From Bacillota bacterium (GTDB lineage Bacteria > Bacillota > DTU065): a DNA stretch of 64,000 nucleotides. Of this stretch, positions 48,100 through 58,424 are shown in pieces (the first letter of the stretch is position 1; every line of letters starts with the position of its first letter). The position numbers and the translations under genes are program-made. The stretch lies in assembly GCA_036721855.1 (NCBI GenBank), contig DAIMKF010000008.1, forward strand, positions 4,003 to 68,002, in the 5' to 3' direction. The notes beneath the pieces were generated by a model that worked only from the letters and a program-made list of their open reading frames with translations, ran no database searches and was not told the DNA's origin.

Positions 48100-48340
48100 G
48101 GAGATAAATTTAAGATGAATTTTCTATATTTGCACACAGTATTGCTAAATTATGCACACCTGTGTGCAGTTTTTTTGAGTGGGTGCTCTTTTTAGCGATA
48201 AGGGGATTTGGTTAATTCTAACTGGCTTTTTTGTTATTATTTAATATAATATAGTTATGACTTGGAAGATTGGAAATAGTTAATAATGTTTTTTAGTTTA
48301 AGATTGATTTTAGAGGCATTGATATGAAAGGGGGGAGGCA

Positions 48341-48523
48341 ATGGGAAATTTTGTTTTAGATGGAGTCATGGGTTTATGTGTAGCTGATGCATTAGGTGTT
48401 CCAGTAGAGTTTATGGATAGGGGAACCCTTAAAAAAGATCCAGTAGTTGGTATGAGAGGATATGGTACATACAATCAACCTGCTAGTACACGGTCGAGTA
48501 CATATGAGGGCGTGTCTCGCTGA
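48341..48523 (+). pseudogene. N-terminal fragment of an ADP-ribosylglycohydrolase-family gene
   Basis: VMGLCVADALGVPVEFMDRGTLKKDPVVGMRGYGTYNQPA matches the family's N-terminus. Similarity is lost after about codon 48 and a stop follows. The rest of the gene was not found in the window. Confidence 0.6.
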
Positions 48524-48735
48524 GAATTGACACGCCCTGCTACAACCGAAAAGCGAGGGAGCAACTTCCATTACTACTATCCTAAATATATTAATGCTTA
48601 CCATAAAGAAAATTACCCGACCTGTAAAGGGAATCTGCACCCGATGGACAAACTGACATTATAGTAGACGATAAGATTTGTATATGAGTTGAACACCCAG
48701 GTCAAGGTTGCTTATTTGCCAAAAGGAGGAACAAG

Positions 48736-49485
48736 ATGTTTGATTATACAGACAACAGCAACAATCTTTGGGAAGCGATTGCCGATGATTGGGATAACCG
48801 TGTTGGCGATGATGGCAACGACTTTCATCGTGAACTAATCCGCCCGGCTACTCTGCGAATGTTAAATCCGTTGAGTGGTGAACGCATTTTAGATGCTGCT
48901 TGCGGTAACGGTGTGTTCTCACGGTATCTGGCAGAACTCGGCGCAGAGGTCGTCGCTTTCGATTACAGCCCTGCCATGATTGAACATGCAAATAAACGCT
49001 GTGCGCCATTTATGGATCATATCTCGTTTTCTGTTGCGGACGCTACTAACTACGACCAGTTAATAACGCTTGGTAATGGGAAGTCATTTGATAAAGCTGT
49101 TGCGAATATGGCGGTCATGGGCATACCCGATATATCCCCATTGTTCAAAGCTGTTTTTGAAATGCTTCAGCACGATGGAGTGTTCGTTTTTTCCGCTACT
49201 CACCCTTGCTTTCAAACGCCTGGTAAGAGCTTTACCCCTGACGGAAGCGGTGTGATTACAACCGATTACATCAACTCAAAACGCTATTCATATCAGATAC
49301 TAGCTGATAATCCAAAGTGCGCCTATCACTGGCATCGTCCTCTGCAAGACTTATTGAGGATATGTTTTGACGCTGGTTTTGTTCTTGATGGTTTAGAAGA
49401 ACCAGTATTCGCCAAAGGATGTTGTACACACTCTGTCTGGGAGAATGTTCCATTGCCGATTGTTATGCGAATACGGAAACTATAA
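48736..49485 (+). CDS. class I SAM-dependent methyltransferase
   Basis: ILDAACGNGVFS motif I followed by VVAFDYSPAMI. AAAGGAGG RBS. Confidence 0.8.
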   Translation: MFDYTDNSNNLWEAIADDWDNRVGDDGNDFHRELIRPATLRMLNPLSGERILDAACGNGVFSRYLAELGAEVVAFDYSPAMIEHANKRCAPFMDHISFSVADATNYDQLITLGNGKSFDKAVANMAVMGIPDISPLFKAVFEMLQHDGVFVFSATHPCFQTPGKSFTPDGSGVITTDYINSKRYSYQILADNPKCAYHWHRPLQDLLRICFDAGFVLDGLEEPVFAKGCCTHSVWENVPLPIVMRIRKL

Positions 49486-49519
49486 GGAAGATGTTCTATG
49501 CCAAAGTTGCCGAACATGC

Positions 49520-49800
49520 TCATAATCCTGTCATATGACCCGAATTAGAAAATCGAATTTGAACGGATCCGTGATTGGAGCAGATAGGCGACTTAATGCT
49601 TTTTAAATCAAATACGTTAGCAGTACATCCACCTCTGGTTTGTACGCTAAGCCTATCATTGATATTGTGGCTGTTATGGAAGTCTATGATACTGTCCTGG
49701 CTTATTGAGGAAGTGAACGGTGACCGTGTTCTCAACACTAACCTAAAGACAAATTTTATTCTAGGTGATATAAACAAAGCCATTCAGGAGGGCGAAACGA
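49520..49800 (+). pseudogene. GrpB-family gene remnant (multiple frameshifts and stops)
   Basis: Fragments YDPN*KIEFERIRDW and SSTSTSGLYAKPIIDIVAVMEV lie in different frames. They resemble the GrpB YDPxW and GSTSVPGLxAKPIIDI blocks. Confidence 0.45.
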
Positions 49801-49910
49801 CGTGAATCTTGAAGTGGATTGGAAGCCCAAGAAGCGATGCTATTGCAACATTACCTTTCCGGGCATTATTGATTGCATATTATGCAGGGGCTAATGGAGG
49901 TAAATAAACT

Positions 49911-52262
49911 GTGACTGATACAATAAAAATCACTGGCGCACGAATCCACAATCTGAAAAAAATTGATGTTGAAATCCCTAAAGGCAAACTGACAGTCATA
50001 ACCGGCGTGTCCGGTTCGGGCAAGTCCAGCCTTGCCTTTGATACACTATACGAAGAAGGTAAACGGCGGTATCTGATGTTTTCGGATACAGCGTTTATGG
50101 TGGATAGCATTCCCACCTTTGAAAGAATAACCGGATTGTCGCCTACGGTAGCGGTAGAACAGCGGATAACACGCCAGTCAAATCCACGAAGTACCGTTGG
50201 AACACGCACAAAAATCAGTGCCATGCTTGCGATGCTGTTCGCTAATTATGGAAAACGCGACCCCGAATATGATGACGGTCTGCCGCTGGAGATGGCGATG
50301 TTTCAAAAGAATTCGGCAAAAGGAATGTGTGTGCGGTGCTTGGGGAGCAGCATGACTGCTACGGTAAATGAAGAAGTGTTATTTAAAAATCCCGAAAGGT
50401 TATTGAGGGATATATTGCCGGAGGTCACTCGTGGCGGAACAGGACGTAGATTCCGAGAGTTTTGTCAATTTCACCATTTTTCTTTTGAACAAAGATATTG
50501 CGATTTAACCACAGACGAACAAACTCTACTCATATATGGTGACGGAGGGAAAACGCCATTTAACGGTGTGATTCCGTGGCTGTTGCGTTCAGGTAAAATA
50601 GAAGAAATCAGTGGACGGCAAAATTATCTTTATAAAAAAGCTGGATTGATTACTTCTAAATCATGCCCGAAATGTAAAGGAACAGGGCTTGGTGAAGCTG
50701 CTTCCCACACCACCGTAGGGAATAATACCATTTCTGAACTGGAATCAATGTATATCCGCGATCTTCGGGGCTTCTTTACAGACAATCCTGAATTACCCGG
50801 TAAAAGGCTTACCGAAGAAATTTTGCTCAAATTAGAATGTATGGATGACGTGGGCTTGCATCACCTCGCTTTATCTCGACCCATTACAACTCTCTCGGGC
50901 GGAGAAATTCAACGCCTATTCCTTGCCAGTTATGTCATCGCCGAAATGGATTCCATCATCTTCATTTTTGACGAACCCACCATCGGTTTGCACGAAGTAG
51001 AAAAACAAAAGCTCATTTCCATTATTCAAAACTTGATAAAGCGCGGAAACACGGTAATCGCCGTAGAACATGACGAAAACTTTATGAAAGCTGCTGACTA
51101 TATCATCGACCTCGGCCCACGTGCCGGGGAACATGGCGGTCAACGGATTTTTCAAGGAAGCTATGCCGATTTCATGGGTTGTGATAATTCTCTGACTTCG
51201 CCCTATTTATCAGGTAGAGCGGCAATGCCGATAAAAACAGTGTACAAACCGATTGACAATCAAAAACTGTTGACTCTTAAAAATTGCTGCATCCATAATC
51301 TACGAAATGTTTCTGCGGAGATACCGCTCGGGTTATTGGTCGGTGTGGCAGGTGTATCCGGTAGCGGCAAGTCCAGTCTTATTTCCGACACTCTTGTTCC
51401 GAAACTGAAAGAAAAGTTGAAAAACAAACTGGTGTCGGACGATGAGGATAAAAATGTGGATGATGAAATTTTACCTGATACCGAAATAGGCGGTACAGAG
51501 CATATTAAGAAATGCGTTATCATCGACCAAAAGCCAATCGGACGTAGCCGTACATCCTGTCCCGCGACCTATACCGGAATTTTTGATAAAATCCGTGCGC
51601 TGTTCGCCAAACAAAGCGGAATGGATCCTGGACTTTTTACGGTCAATTCCAAAGGTGGCTGCCGCGTTTGCAAGGGCGATGGCGTGATTCATTATCATGT
51701 AGGCATGGGGAATTTCATTGATTTAGAATGTGAAACGTGTGCCGGAACCGGCTTTATTGAGGAAGCCATGTCGATTATGTTGGACGGTAAAAACATTCGT
51801 GAAATTTTAGAAATGAGTGTTTCCACTGCTATCGCCTTTTTCAAAAAGAAAGATAAAACCATATTAAAGATGCTACAAACGCTGGAGCGTGTCGGAATGG
51901 GATATATCAGGTTAGGGCAAAAAACACCCACTATCTCTGGCGGCGAAGCACAAAGGATTAAGTTGGCATCGGAGCTTGGAAAATCCGGCAGCGCAAAGGG
52001 TAACGTCTACATACTGGACGAACCGACCACTGGGTTGTCATTTTCAGACAGTGAGCGGTTAATTCATTTGATGCAGGAACTTGTAGATGGCGGCAGCACG
52101 GTAATTGTTACCGAGCATGACCCGTCCGTGCTGTCAAATTGCGATTATATTATTGAAATGGGGCCAGGCGGCGGCAGTGACGGCGGATATGTGCTTGCTA
52201 CAGGAACGCCTGCCGAACTGAAAGTTAATAGCAAATCTATAATCGGGAGGTATTTGAAATGA
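49911..52262 (+). CDS. UvrA-like ABC ATPase paralog (short form, apparently lacking the UvrB-binding region)
   Basis: 783 aa, GTG start after GGAGG. Two Walker A motifs ([10 protein letters not shown] twice) and signature motifs (LSGGE, ISGGE). Zinc modules CPKCKGTG and CRVCKGDG...CETCAGTG. N-terminus is collinear with UvrA. Confidence 0.85.
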   Translation: MTDTIKITGARIHNLKKIDVEIPKGKLTVITGVSGSGKSSLAFDTLYEEGKRRYLMFSDTAFMVDSIPTFERITGLSPTVAVEQRITRQSNPRSTVGTRTKISAMLAMLFANYGKRDPEYDDGLPLEMAMFQKNSAKGMCVRCLGSSMTATVNEEVLFKNPERLLRDILPEVTRGGTGRRFREFCQFHHFSFEQRYCDLTTDEQTLLIYGDGGKTPFNGVIPWLLRSGKIEEISGRQNYLYKKAGLITSKSCPKCKGTGLGEAASHTTVGNNTISELESMYIRDLRGFFTDNPELPGKRLTEEILLKLECMDDVGLHHLALSRPITTLSGGEIQRLFLASYVIAEMDSIIFIFDEPTIGLHEVEKQKLISIIQNLIKRGNTVIAVEHDENFMKAADYIIDLGPRAGEHGGQRIFQGSYADFMGCDNSLTSPYLSGRAAMPIKTVYKPIDNQKLLTLKNCCIHNLRNVSAEIPLGLLVGVAGVSGSGKSSLISDTLVPKLKEKLKNKLVSDDEDKNVDDEILPDTEIGGTEHIKKCVIIDQKPIGRSRTSCPATYTGIFDKIRALFAKQSGMDPGLFTVNSKGGCRVCKGDGVIHYHVGMGNFIDLECETCAGTGFIEEAMSIMLDGKNIREILEMSVSTAIAFFKKKDKTILKMLQTLERVGMGYIRLGQKTPTISGGEAQRIKLASELGKSGSAKGNVYILDEPTTGLSFSDSERLIHLMQELVDGGSTVIVTEHDPSVLSNCDYIIEMGPGGGSDGGYVLATGTPAELKVNSKSIIGRYLK

Positions 52263-53170
52263 ACCATGCCTTCCTTCAACGACTTGACGACTATATCATC
52301 GAACACCGTTATCGTCTTGTGAATTCTGTTTTGGTTTATGAAAATGACGAATTGGTTTTTGAACGGTATTATAATAAATTTATGCCGGAAAGCCGCAATC
52401 AAATAAAATCTGTTTGGAAAAGCATATTGTCCCTTACGCTTGGTATCTGTCTTGATAAAGGAATTATAGGTAGCATTGAAGACCCAGTATGCCGCTATTT
52501 ACCGTCTTTCAATGAGGACATACACCCTTATCACAAGCATATGACCATTAAGCATCTGCTCACCATGTCCAGCGGGATTTACTGGAATGGTGGCGTTCAT
52601 TATCATTGTCCCATGTTTGAGCAGTTGCGGCGTTCCCGAAATTGGGTGGAGCATATTGCTGATGTCCAAATGAAGGCTCTACCGGGTTCGGTTTTTCAAT
52701 ACAAGGAATGGGATGTCGTTCTGCTTTCTGCTGTGATTGGTACCGCTTGCGGAAATTCATCGTGGGATTATTGTTATAAGCATTTATATCAGCCATTAGG
52801 GATAGAAAGCGATAAGTGGACGCAAACGAAATGCGGTGTTGATTATCCCTCTTTCGACGCAGACATAACCTCCGATTTATCCGCTCGTGACCTTGCTAAA
52901 ATAGGACTGTTGATGCTCCACGGCGGCAAGTGGAAGGGGCAATGTATTATATCGGAAGAATATGTGAAAGCGGCAATTTCATCGTCAGAAGTGAATAGTG
53001 GCTATGGATTTTTATGGTGGTTATCGGATAAGGGCTATCACGGACGAGGTTTTGGCGGTCAGGAGTTGAATGTATATCCCAACGAAGATATTGTCGCGGT
53101 GGTTCAGGCGACCGTCACGCCAAGCAGTAAGAGTTATGGAGATATTTGTGCTGGAATTATAAGCGAATAA
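52259..53170 (+). CDS. serine hydrolase (beta-lactamase/PBP4*-like family)
   Basis: SVWK (SxxK) motif. 303 aa. ATGA start/stop overlap with the UvrA-like gene. Confidence 0.7.
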   Translation: MNHAFLQRLDDYIIEHRYRLVNSVLVYENDELVFERYYNKFMPESRNQIKSVWKSILSLTLGICLDKGIIGSIEDPVCRYLPSFNEDIHPYHKHMTIKHLLTMSSGIYWNGGVHYHCPMFEQLRRSRNWVEHIADVQMKALPGSVFQYKEWDVVLLSAVIGTACGNSSWDYCYKHLYQPLGIESDKWTQTKCGVDYPSFDADITSDLSARDLAKIGLLMLHGGKWKGQCIISEEYVKAAISSSEVNSGYGFLWWLSDKGYHGRGFGGQELNVYPNEDIVAVVQATVTPSSKSYGDICAGIISE

Positions 53171-53189
53171 ACGCAAGGAGGTTTTGAGG

Positions 53190-53476
53190 TATATCCAATA
53201 TTAGAAACAAGGAGATTGTTATTAAAGCCTTTGCAGGAAAGCAATTTGGATGATATGTATAAGTTATATTCAAATCCGACAGCTTCCGAAACAATGGAAT
53301 ATTGGGATTCCATATACAGTTTTGCAAACCCTGTCATTAAACCTAAAAGAGACGTATTCGTTAAAACTCTAAAAACAGTGTTATCAAAAGGCTTTTTCGA
53401 CGAAGGAGTGTGGGAAGAAGAAAACCAAAATTATAGATACCCATGTTTGAATGGATGGAATGTATTTCCTTGTTAA
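53190..53476 (+). pseudogene. GNAT (RimJ/RimL-type) acetyltransferase fragment
   Basis: ILETRRLLLKPLQESNLDDMYKLYSNP is a typical N-terminus, but there is no canonical start codon after the AAGGAGG RBS and similarity is lost after about 35 codons. Confidence 0.4.
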
Positions 53477-53651
53477 CGTATCAGCGCTGGGTACAGTATG
53501 CATTTGGCTAACGGCCAATGCGAAATCGACAGCACGCTCGTAATCGTAGTGGTAGTGGAATAGGATATCCAGCCGTGAGCCGGGATTAACGGTGACCGTG
53601 TCTGACGCGTGAATGAAAAACATTTCGTTTAAATAAAAACTGCCGTGATGA

Positions 53652-53975
53652 GCCTACCCGCGAACCTTTGTCTATACCGATTTCCACTAAACAAACCTCG
53701 CTGTAGCGTGGGATGGTTCCTCGGCGTTGGTTTTTGAATACAATTTCTTTTCCAAAGGCTATGCCTATTCCGACATTCGGAATGTGTGCGGTAACTTCTA
53801 CAATGAGAAAGCGAAAGCGGCGATTTTGTCCGCGTATGGCGCAATAGACGAGCGTGAAGTTATCATAGACGACATCGCGAAGACTTTCCCGCATTGGGCT
53901 AACACCCTGTTGGAAAGGGTTAAGGACGGGAGGCTGCTAGCAGCGGTGGAAAAATTTGTGCAGAAGAAAATCATT
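53652..53975 (+). pseudogene. C-terminal remnant of an APH/choline-kinase-type phosphotransferase with in-frame TAA (53688-53690)
   Basis: VYTDFH*TNLAV...LVFEYNFFSKGYAYSDI resembles the HxDxxxxN catalytic loop and the DxE..G...D block. No N-lobe upstream. Confidence 0.4.
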
Positions 53976-54374
53976 ATGTCCTTTGACGAGTTTTTGAGCT
54001 TTCGTAATGTGGAAATTAGAAATAAGGATCACGAGAGAATCGTGCGGATGTTTTACCCGCATCTCACCAGCGTGTGCGGTGTGCCAGAAGCTTTATCGAA
54101 AGTGATTGGAGAGATAATCGGTGTTGACTTCTTCGGGGCGTCTATTATAACTGGATGCTTCACAAACGACGATACGATCGCGCCGTATGGTACGCCTGAC
54201 TTATATTGTAAATGGGATAGTGGGATTCAAGTCTATTTATATGGAGCGTTGCCCAAAAGCAATTTTCTCGCGTTACAACCCAATGAATATGTGCTGTTTG
54301 CTCTCTCTGACCAAATCACCAACAACGTAGAGCAAACGATGGATCATCACTTTTATATGAGGTGTGCCCAATGA
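53976..54374 (+). CDS. hypothetical protein (about 132 aa)
   Basis: An internal ATG of the 215-aa track ORF. The 3' end is ATGA-coupled to the next gene. No family recognised. Confidence 0.3.
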   Translation: MSFDEFLSFRNVEIRNKDHERIVRMFYPHLTSVCGVPEALSKVIGEIIGVDFFGASIITGCFTNDDTIAPYGTPDLYCKWDSGIQVYLYGALPKSNFLALQPNEYVLFALSDQITNNVEQTMDHHFYMRCAQ

Positions 54375-55162
54375 AAAAGTTTATAACAGAAAATAAATCA
54401 TTCACTATCACGGTCATTGACCATGCCAAAGACGGAAAACCGCTACATTGCCGCAACGGTCACGAAATCGGCGATACATATGCTTTTGAATATGGTTGCC
54501 CCATGCCGACTAATGACTGCGGCGGGTTTTGCTCGAAAACAATGACGAATCTTTACCGGTTAAAAGAAATAATTTATGCTAACGGAGATTTGCGGATATT
54601 GGGGTTCTCAAATAACCACGATATAGAGTTCCCCTGTCCCGACGGCGCGGTATGGTTTCGGATGCAAATTCACGACCTCGCCGAAATACGCCCTCTGACC
54701 GCCGATGATCTATCGCAATATGCTGACGTCATTCGCTGCAGTTTTGCTACCGTCGCAAAAAACTTCGGCTGGACAAGGGAAAACTGCCCCGGTCACACGA
54801 GCTTTATCACCGATGAACGACTGTTAACCAAAATAAAAGACGGTTATTTCCCGTTCGGTCTGTGCGTCGGCGAAAAAATCTTCGGGTTCGCGTCCATCAC
54901 CGATATGGGCGGTGGCATATATGAAATGAACGATGTGTCCGTTTTACCGGAATGGCGCCATTATGGATACGGAAAGCGAATGATTGATTTTTGCAAAGAA
55001 AAAATCAAAGAACTTGGTGGCAATAAAATGACAATCGGCATCGTGGAGGATAACACCGTCCTCAAAGAATGGTACACCGCGAACGGTTTTATCCACACAG
55101 GAACGAAACAATATGGTAGTCTACCATTTACGGTAGGTCATATGGAATGGAGCGTAACATGA
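54371..55162 (+). CDS. fusion of a Cys-rich TIGR04076-like domain and a GNAT acetyltransferase domain
   Basis: N-terminal region with the CRNGHEIGD...CGGFCSK...FPCPDG pattern. C-terminal GNAT region (RHYGYGKRMIDF). ATG 54371 after GAGGTG. Confidence 0.55.
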   Translation: MKKFITENKSFTITVIDHAKDGKPLHCRNGHEIGDTYAFEYGCPMPTNDCGGFCSKTMTNLYRLKEIIYANGDLRILGFSNNHDIEFPCPDGAVWFRMQIHDLAEIRPLTADDLSQYADVIRCSFATVAKNFGWTRENCPGHTSFITDERLLTKIKDGYFPFGLCVGEKIFGFASITDMGGGIYEMNDVSVLPEWRHYGYGKRMIDFCKEKIKELGGNKMTIGIVEDNTVLKEWYTANGFIHTGTKQYGSLPFTVGHMEWSVT

Positions 55163-56226
55163 ATGTCAGCATTGATACATCAAAAATAAGGATTGAAACG
55201 GACAGGCTGGTTATTCGAGCGTTTTGTAAGGATGACTTCTCCGACTTCTATGAATACGCCAGTGTTCCGGGCGTCGGTGAAATGGCGGGTTGGCCGCATC
55301 ATAAAACCAGCGAAACCTCCGAACAAATCTTACAGAGCTTTATGATAGAAAAAGAAGTTTTTGCTCTTGCCCTCAAAGAAAACGGCAAGGTGATCGGTTC
55401 GCTGGGGTTACACCATTCATGGGCAAATGAAGAACCTAAATACGCAAACATGACATCCAAGGAAATCGGCTATGTTCTTTCCCGCAATTATTGGGGACAA
55501 GGGCTTGCACCGGAAGCGATCAAAGCGATAATCGTCATGTGTTTTCATGAGTATTGCTGCGATATGCTGACTTGCGGGCATTTCAGTACAAACTATCAAT
55601 CCCGCCGTGTTATCGAAAAAAATGGATTCAAGTTAGAAAAACAAAGTGTCTATCATTCTAAGCAGCTTGATATGGAATTTGATTGCATGAAATATGTTTT
55701 ATTAAGATCGGAATGGTCAGATGCGGCTTGCTTTGTCCGTCCCGCGCAAATAACGGATGCCGCCGAACTTGCTAAAATCCTCTGTGATTCTTGGCAGGCT
55801 TCTTACAACAGCATCCTCACGCCGGAAGAACTGGAACGCAACACTAATCTTGAATCACGGACGATTATGTTTGAAAGGCTTCAAAAATCTGGTGTTGGTA
55901 ATATAATGATTGCCTTTTCAAACGGTGATCCCTGTGGAATGGTATCTTTTGGAAAAAGCCGTGACGCTGATTTGGCGGATTATGCTGAGATTGTCGCTAT
56001 TTATTCCCTTAAAGAATATTGGGGCAAGGGTGTTGGCAGTCGATTGATGGAGCTTGCGCTGATCGACTTGAAGCGACAGGGATATAAGAACGTATTGTTG
56101 TGGACATTTGAAGCAAATACAAGAGCACGGCGGTTTTATGAAAAGCATGAGTTTGTAGTGGATGGAACAGTTAAAGACAGCGGCTTTGGCAACAGAAAGG
56201 AAGTGCGTTATCGGAGGGATATTTGA
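55159..56226 (+). CDS. tandem GNAT acetyltransferase (RimJ-like plus a second GNAT domain)
   Basis: IETDRLVIRAF...YWGQGLAPEA in the first domain, then YWGKGVGSRLMELA...ARRFYEKHEF in the second. ATGA overlap with the upstream gene. Confidence 0.75.
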   Translation: MNVSIDTSKIRIETDRLVIRAFCKDDFSDFYEYASVPGVGEMAGWPHHKTSETSEQILQSFMIEKEVFALALKENGKVIGSLGLHHSWANEEPKYANMTSKEIGYVLSRNYWGQGLAPEAIKAIIVMCFHEYCCDMLTCGHFSTNYQSRRVIEKNGFKLEKQSVYHSKQLDMEFDCMKYVLLRSEWSDAACFVRPAQITDAAELAKILCDSWQASYNSILTPEELERNTNLESRTIMFERLQKSGVGNIMIAFSNGDPCGMVSFGKSRDADLADYAEIVAIYSLKEYWGKGVGSRLMELALIDLKRQGYKNVLLWTFEANTRARRFYEKHEFVVDGTVKDSGFGNRKEVRYRRDI

Positions 56227-56420
56227 ATGAGTAAAAACTATGCTGTTATCGTCCGTTTTGACGAAGAAACGGACAGAGGATGAACAAGCTACGTGGCTTA
56301 ATTGGCGGAAGCGGGTTATTCTGTCCCGGAATGGCCACTGTGTATCACGATTGCGGCATACGGAGATTTTGACGATAAATTGCTTTGTCCGAATTTTCAT
56401 CCAAACATAACAAGATTAAA
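56227..56420 (+). pseudogene. 2H-phosphoesterase (LigT-like) gene remnant, frameshifted and truncated
   Basis: MSKNYAVIVRFDEETDRG* then, in another frame, LAEAGYSVPEWPLCITIAAYGDFD (HxT motif degraded to CIT). Confidence 0.45.
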
Positions 56421-56439
56421 TCGCTCTTATTTCATTGAA

Positions 56440-56975
56440 CATCTTGCCTACCGGCACGACGCTGTGAGGAATTTAGAGGAACAGCTTAACGAAAGCGTAA
56501 ACCCTGTATGATCGGAACCGGCGTAATGTGCGACCCATATATTCATCTGGAGGAGGAGCTACGCGTTACACGGCTGTGTCTTGAATTGATGGAAAAGGAC
56601 GGATTCGGGCTGGTGATCCAGACAAAATCCGCGAGGATACTGTGGGATTTGGATTTACTTCAGGCAATCAATGCGAGAACAAAATACGTAGTGGCAATCA
56701 CGCTGACCACCTATGATGAAGATTTGTGTTGTATAATTGAACCGGAGGTATCTACGACTGCGGAGTGGTCTGCTTTGCTGGAAGCCATGCGCGATGCAGG
56801 AATCCCCACTGTAGTCTGATGACGTTAACTTTACCCATAAATAACGATACTGAAAATAATTTGCATGGGTTACTGGATTATTGCGTCAGAGCGAAGATTC
56901 ACCGAATAATCAATTTCGGGTTCGGCGTGACCCTACGTGAAGGCGAACGGACATTTATGGGAGATTTACCGTGAT
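56440..56975 (+). pseudogene. SplB-like radical SAM gene remnant lacking the CxxxCxxC region, frameshifted
   Basis: IGTGVMCDPY...LVIQTKSARIL... is collinear with residues about 75-190 of the intact paralog at 30006-30869. It continues in a second frame (56765-56974). Confidence 0.5.
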
Positions 56976-57086
56976 GTCTGTAAAAAAACGGTCTACTTTA
57001 TCGCCTCAGCAATGTGTTCGGATACATAGGGAAATTTGAATAGAAGAACAGCAATTATCGTTTTTTGGATGAAAGGGGTATGTCAA

Positions 57087-57827
57087 ATGATCATGCAAAA
57101 TAAAACTGTGTTGATTACGGGAGGAGCGTCGGGCATCGGGAAGGCTTCTGCGATTGCATTTGCGAAAGCGGGCGCAAATGTATTTATCATTGACATTGAT
57201 GTTGACAGTATGAATGCTGTCGCTGATGAAATCACAGCTTTCGGCGGTAATGCGGTAGCGCATAAGGCCGATGTTTCAAAGGAACATGAAGTATCGGATG
57301 CGGTCGCCCGCTGCGTTGAACTTTTCGACTCTATTGAATATGCCCACAACAACGCTGCAGTCATTATCAGCAAATCGACTGTGAACTGCACCGAAGATAT
57401 TTGGAACGCTACAATGAACACAAATTTGAAAGGCTATTGGCTCTGTATGAAGCATGAAATTTTACAAATGCAGAAGCAAGGTCACGGAAATATCGTAAAC
57501 ACCTCTTCCATCAGCGGTCTTATCGGACGCGCCGGAGATATGCCGTACAATGTCAGTAAGTTCGGCATTATCGGCTTGACCAAAACTGCCGCTTTGGAAA
57601 ATGCTGACAAAAATATCCGTATCAACTGCGTTTGCCCCGGAGCGATACAAACGCGGGAATGGAACGACCGTGTTCTTAAAAAGTTAGGTGGATTGCATCC
57701 CATGAACCGGATCGGACAGCCGGAGGAAGTGGCAAACGCCGTTATGTGGTTGTGTTCAGATAATTCTTCTTTTATCACAGGACACAGCTTGGTTATCGAC
57801 GGTGGCCGGATTGCGGGAGAGTGGTAA
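57087..57827 (+). CDS. SDR-family oxidoreductase
   Basis: TGGASGIGKA, NNAA and YNVSK (YxxxK) motifs. ATG 57087 after AAAGGGG. Confidence 0.85.
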   Translation: MIMQNKTVLITGGASGIGKASAIAFAKAGANVFIIDIDVDSMNAVADEITAFGGNAVAHKADVSKEHEVSDAVARCVELFDSIEYAHNNAAVIISKSTVNCTEDIWNATMNTNLKGYWLCMKHEILQMQKQGHGNIVNTSSISGLIGRAGDMPYNVSKFGIIGLTKTAALENADKNIRINCVCPGAIQTREWNDRVLKKLGGLHPMNRIGQPEEVANAVMWLCSDNSSFITGHSLVIDGGRIAGEW

Positions 57828-58424
57828 TGAGGAATGAAAACTATAGTTTTTAAACTTTTTGATTTAGAATTGGTAGGTTGCCAATGGGTTCATCCACACT
57901 GGGACAAAGAATTTTGAACGTCGGCCGTTTACGGTGGGATATAAGGAGCGGAGCATATGAGTAGACGGTAGACGGGTTATTTCGCTCAGTAGAATGGATT
58001 AATAAAAGGGGTATGCTCTAAAGGGAGATTAATGATTGTCGCTGACCTTGGTGGCACTTTTTAGAATATGTGTTAAGCCATGTAGATTCCGCGCGAGCTA
58101 GATACTGTTATGACAGCGGATATCATAACTACCGAACCCCAAACGAGGATTTGTTGTCACGAATGGTTTACGCCAGATGGCTCTGCATCTGCATGACAAC
58201 GACAGCAGCGCTTAGCATTGATTACCGTTTGACGGTACGATTGATTGGTCGTTCGCTATGAAAAAAATAGTCCAAGCTGATTATACAGGTGCAGTTGCAC
58301 TAGATTCTGCAACTGGTAAGTTTTCCAGGGCGTTTTTGGCAAGAAATGAGCTGAGCAAAGGTCACTCTGTGAACTTTTTATTTTTTGTGGGCTATTATTT
58401 TTTTAAAATATTATCATACTCACA

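Larger units (their letters stand above)
48480..58300. other. compositionally distinct (GC-richer) accessory segment
   Basis: Hand counts of single 60-nt lines give 31/60 G+C at 54661-54720 and 19/60 at 22141-22200. Codon choice changes visibly. Many gene fragments. Both boundaries are approximate. Confidence 0.45.

Noticed and set aside
48103-48190. 26-aa hydrophobic ORF (MNFLYLHTVLLNYAHLCAVFLSGCSF), considered as a type I toxin, plus alternative hairpins TGCACAC(AG)/CTGTGTGCA
   Set aside because: Only a weak GGAGA with long spacing precedes it, and no antitoxin RNA signature is visible. The hairpin plus T-run (48131-48176) is adequately explained as a terminator or attenuator.
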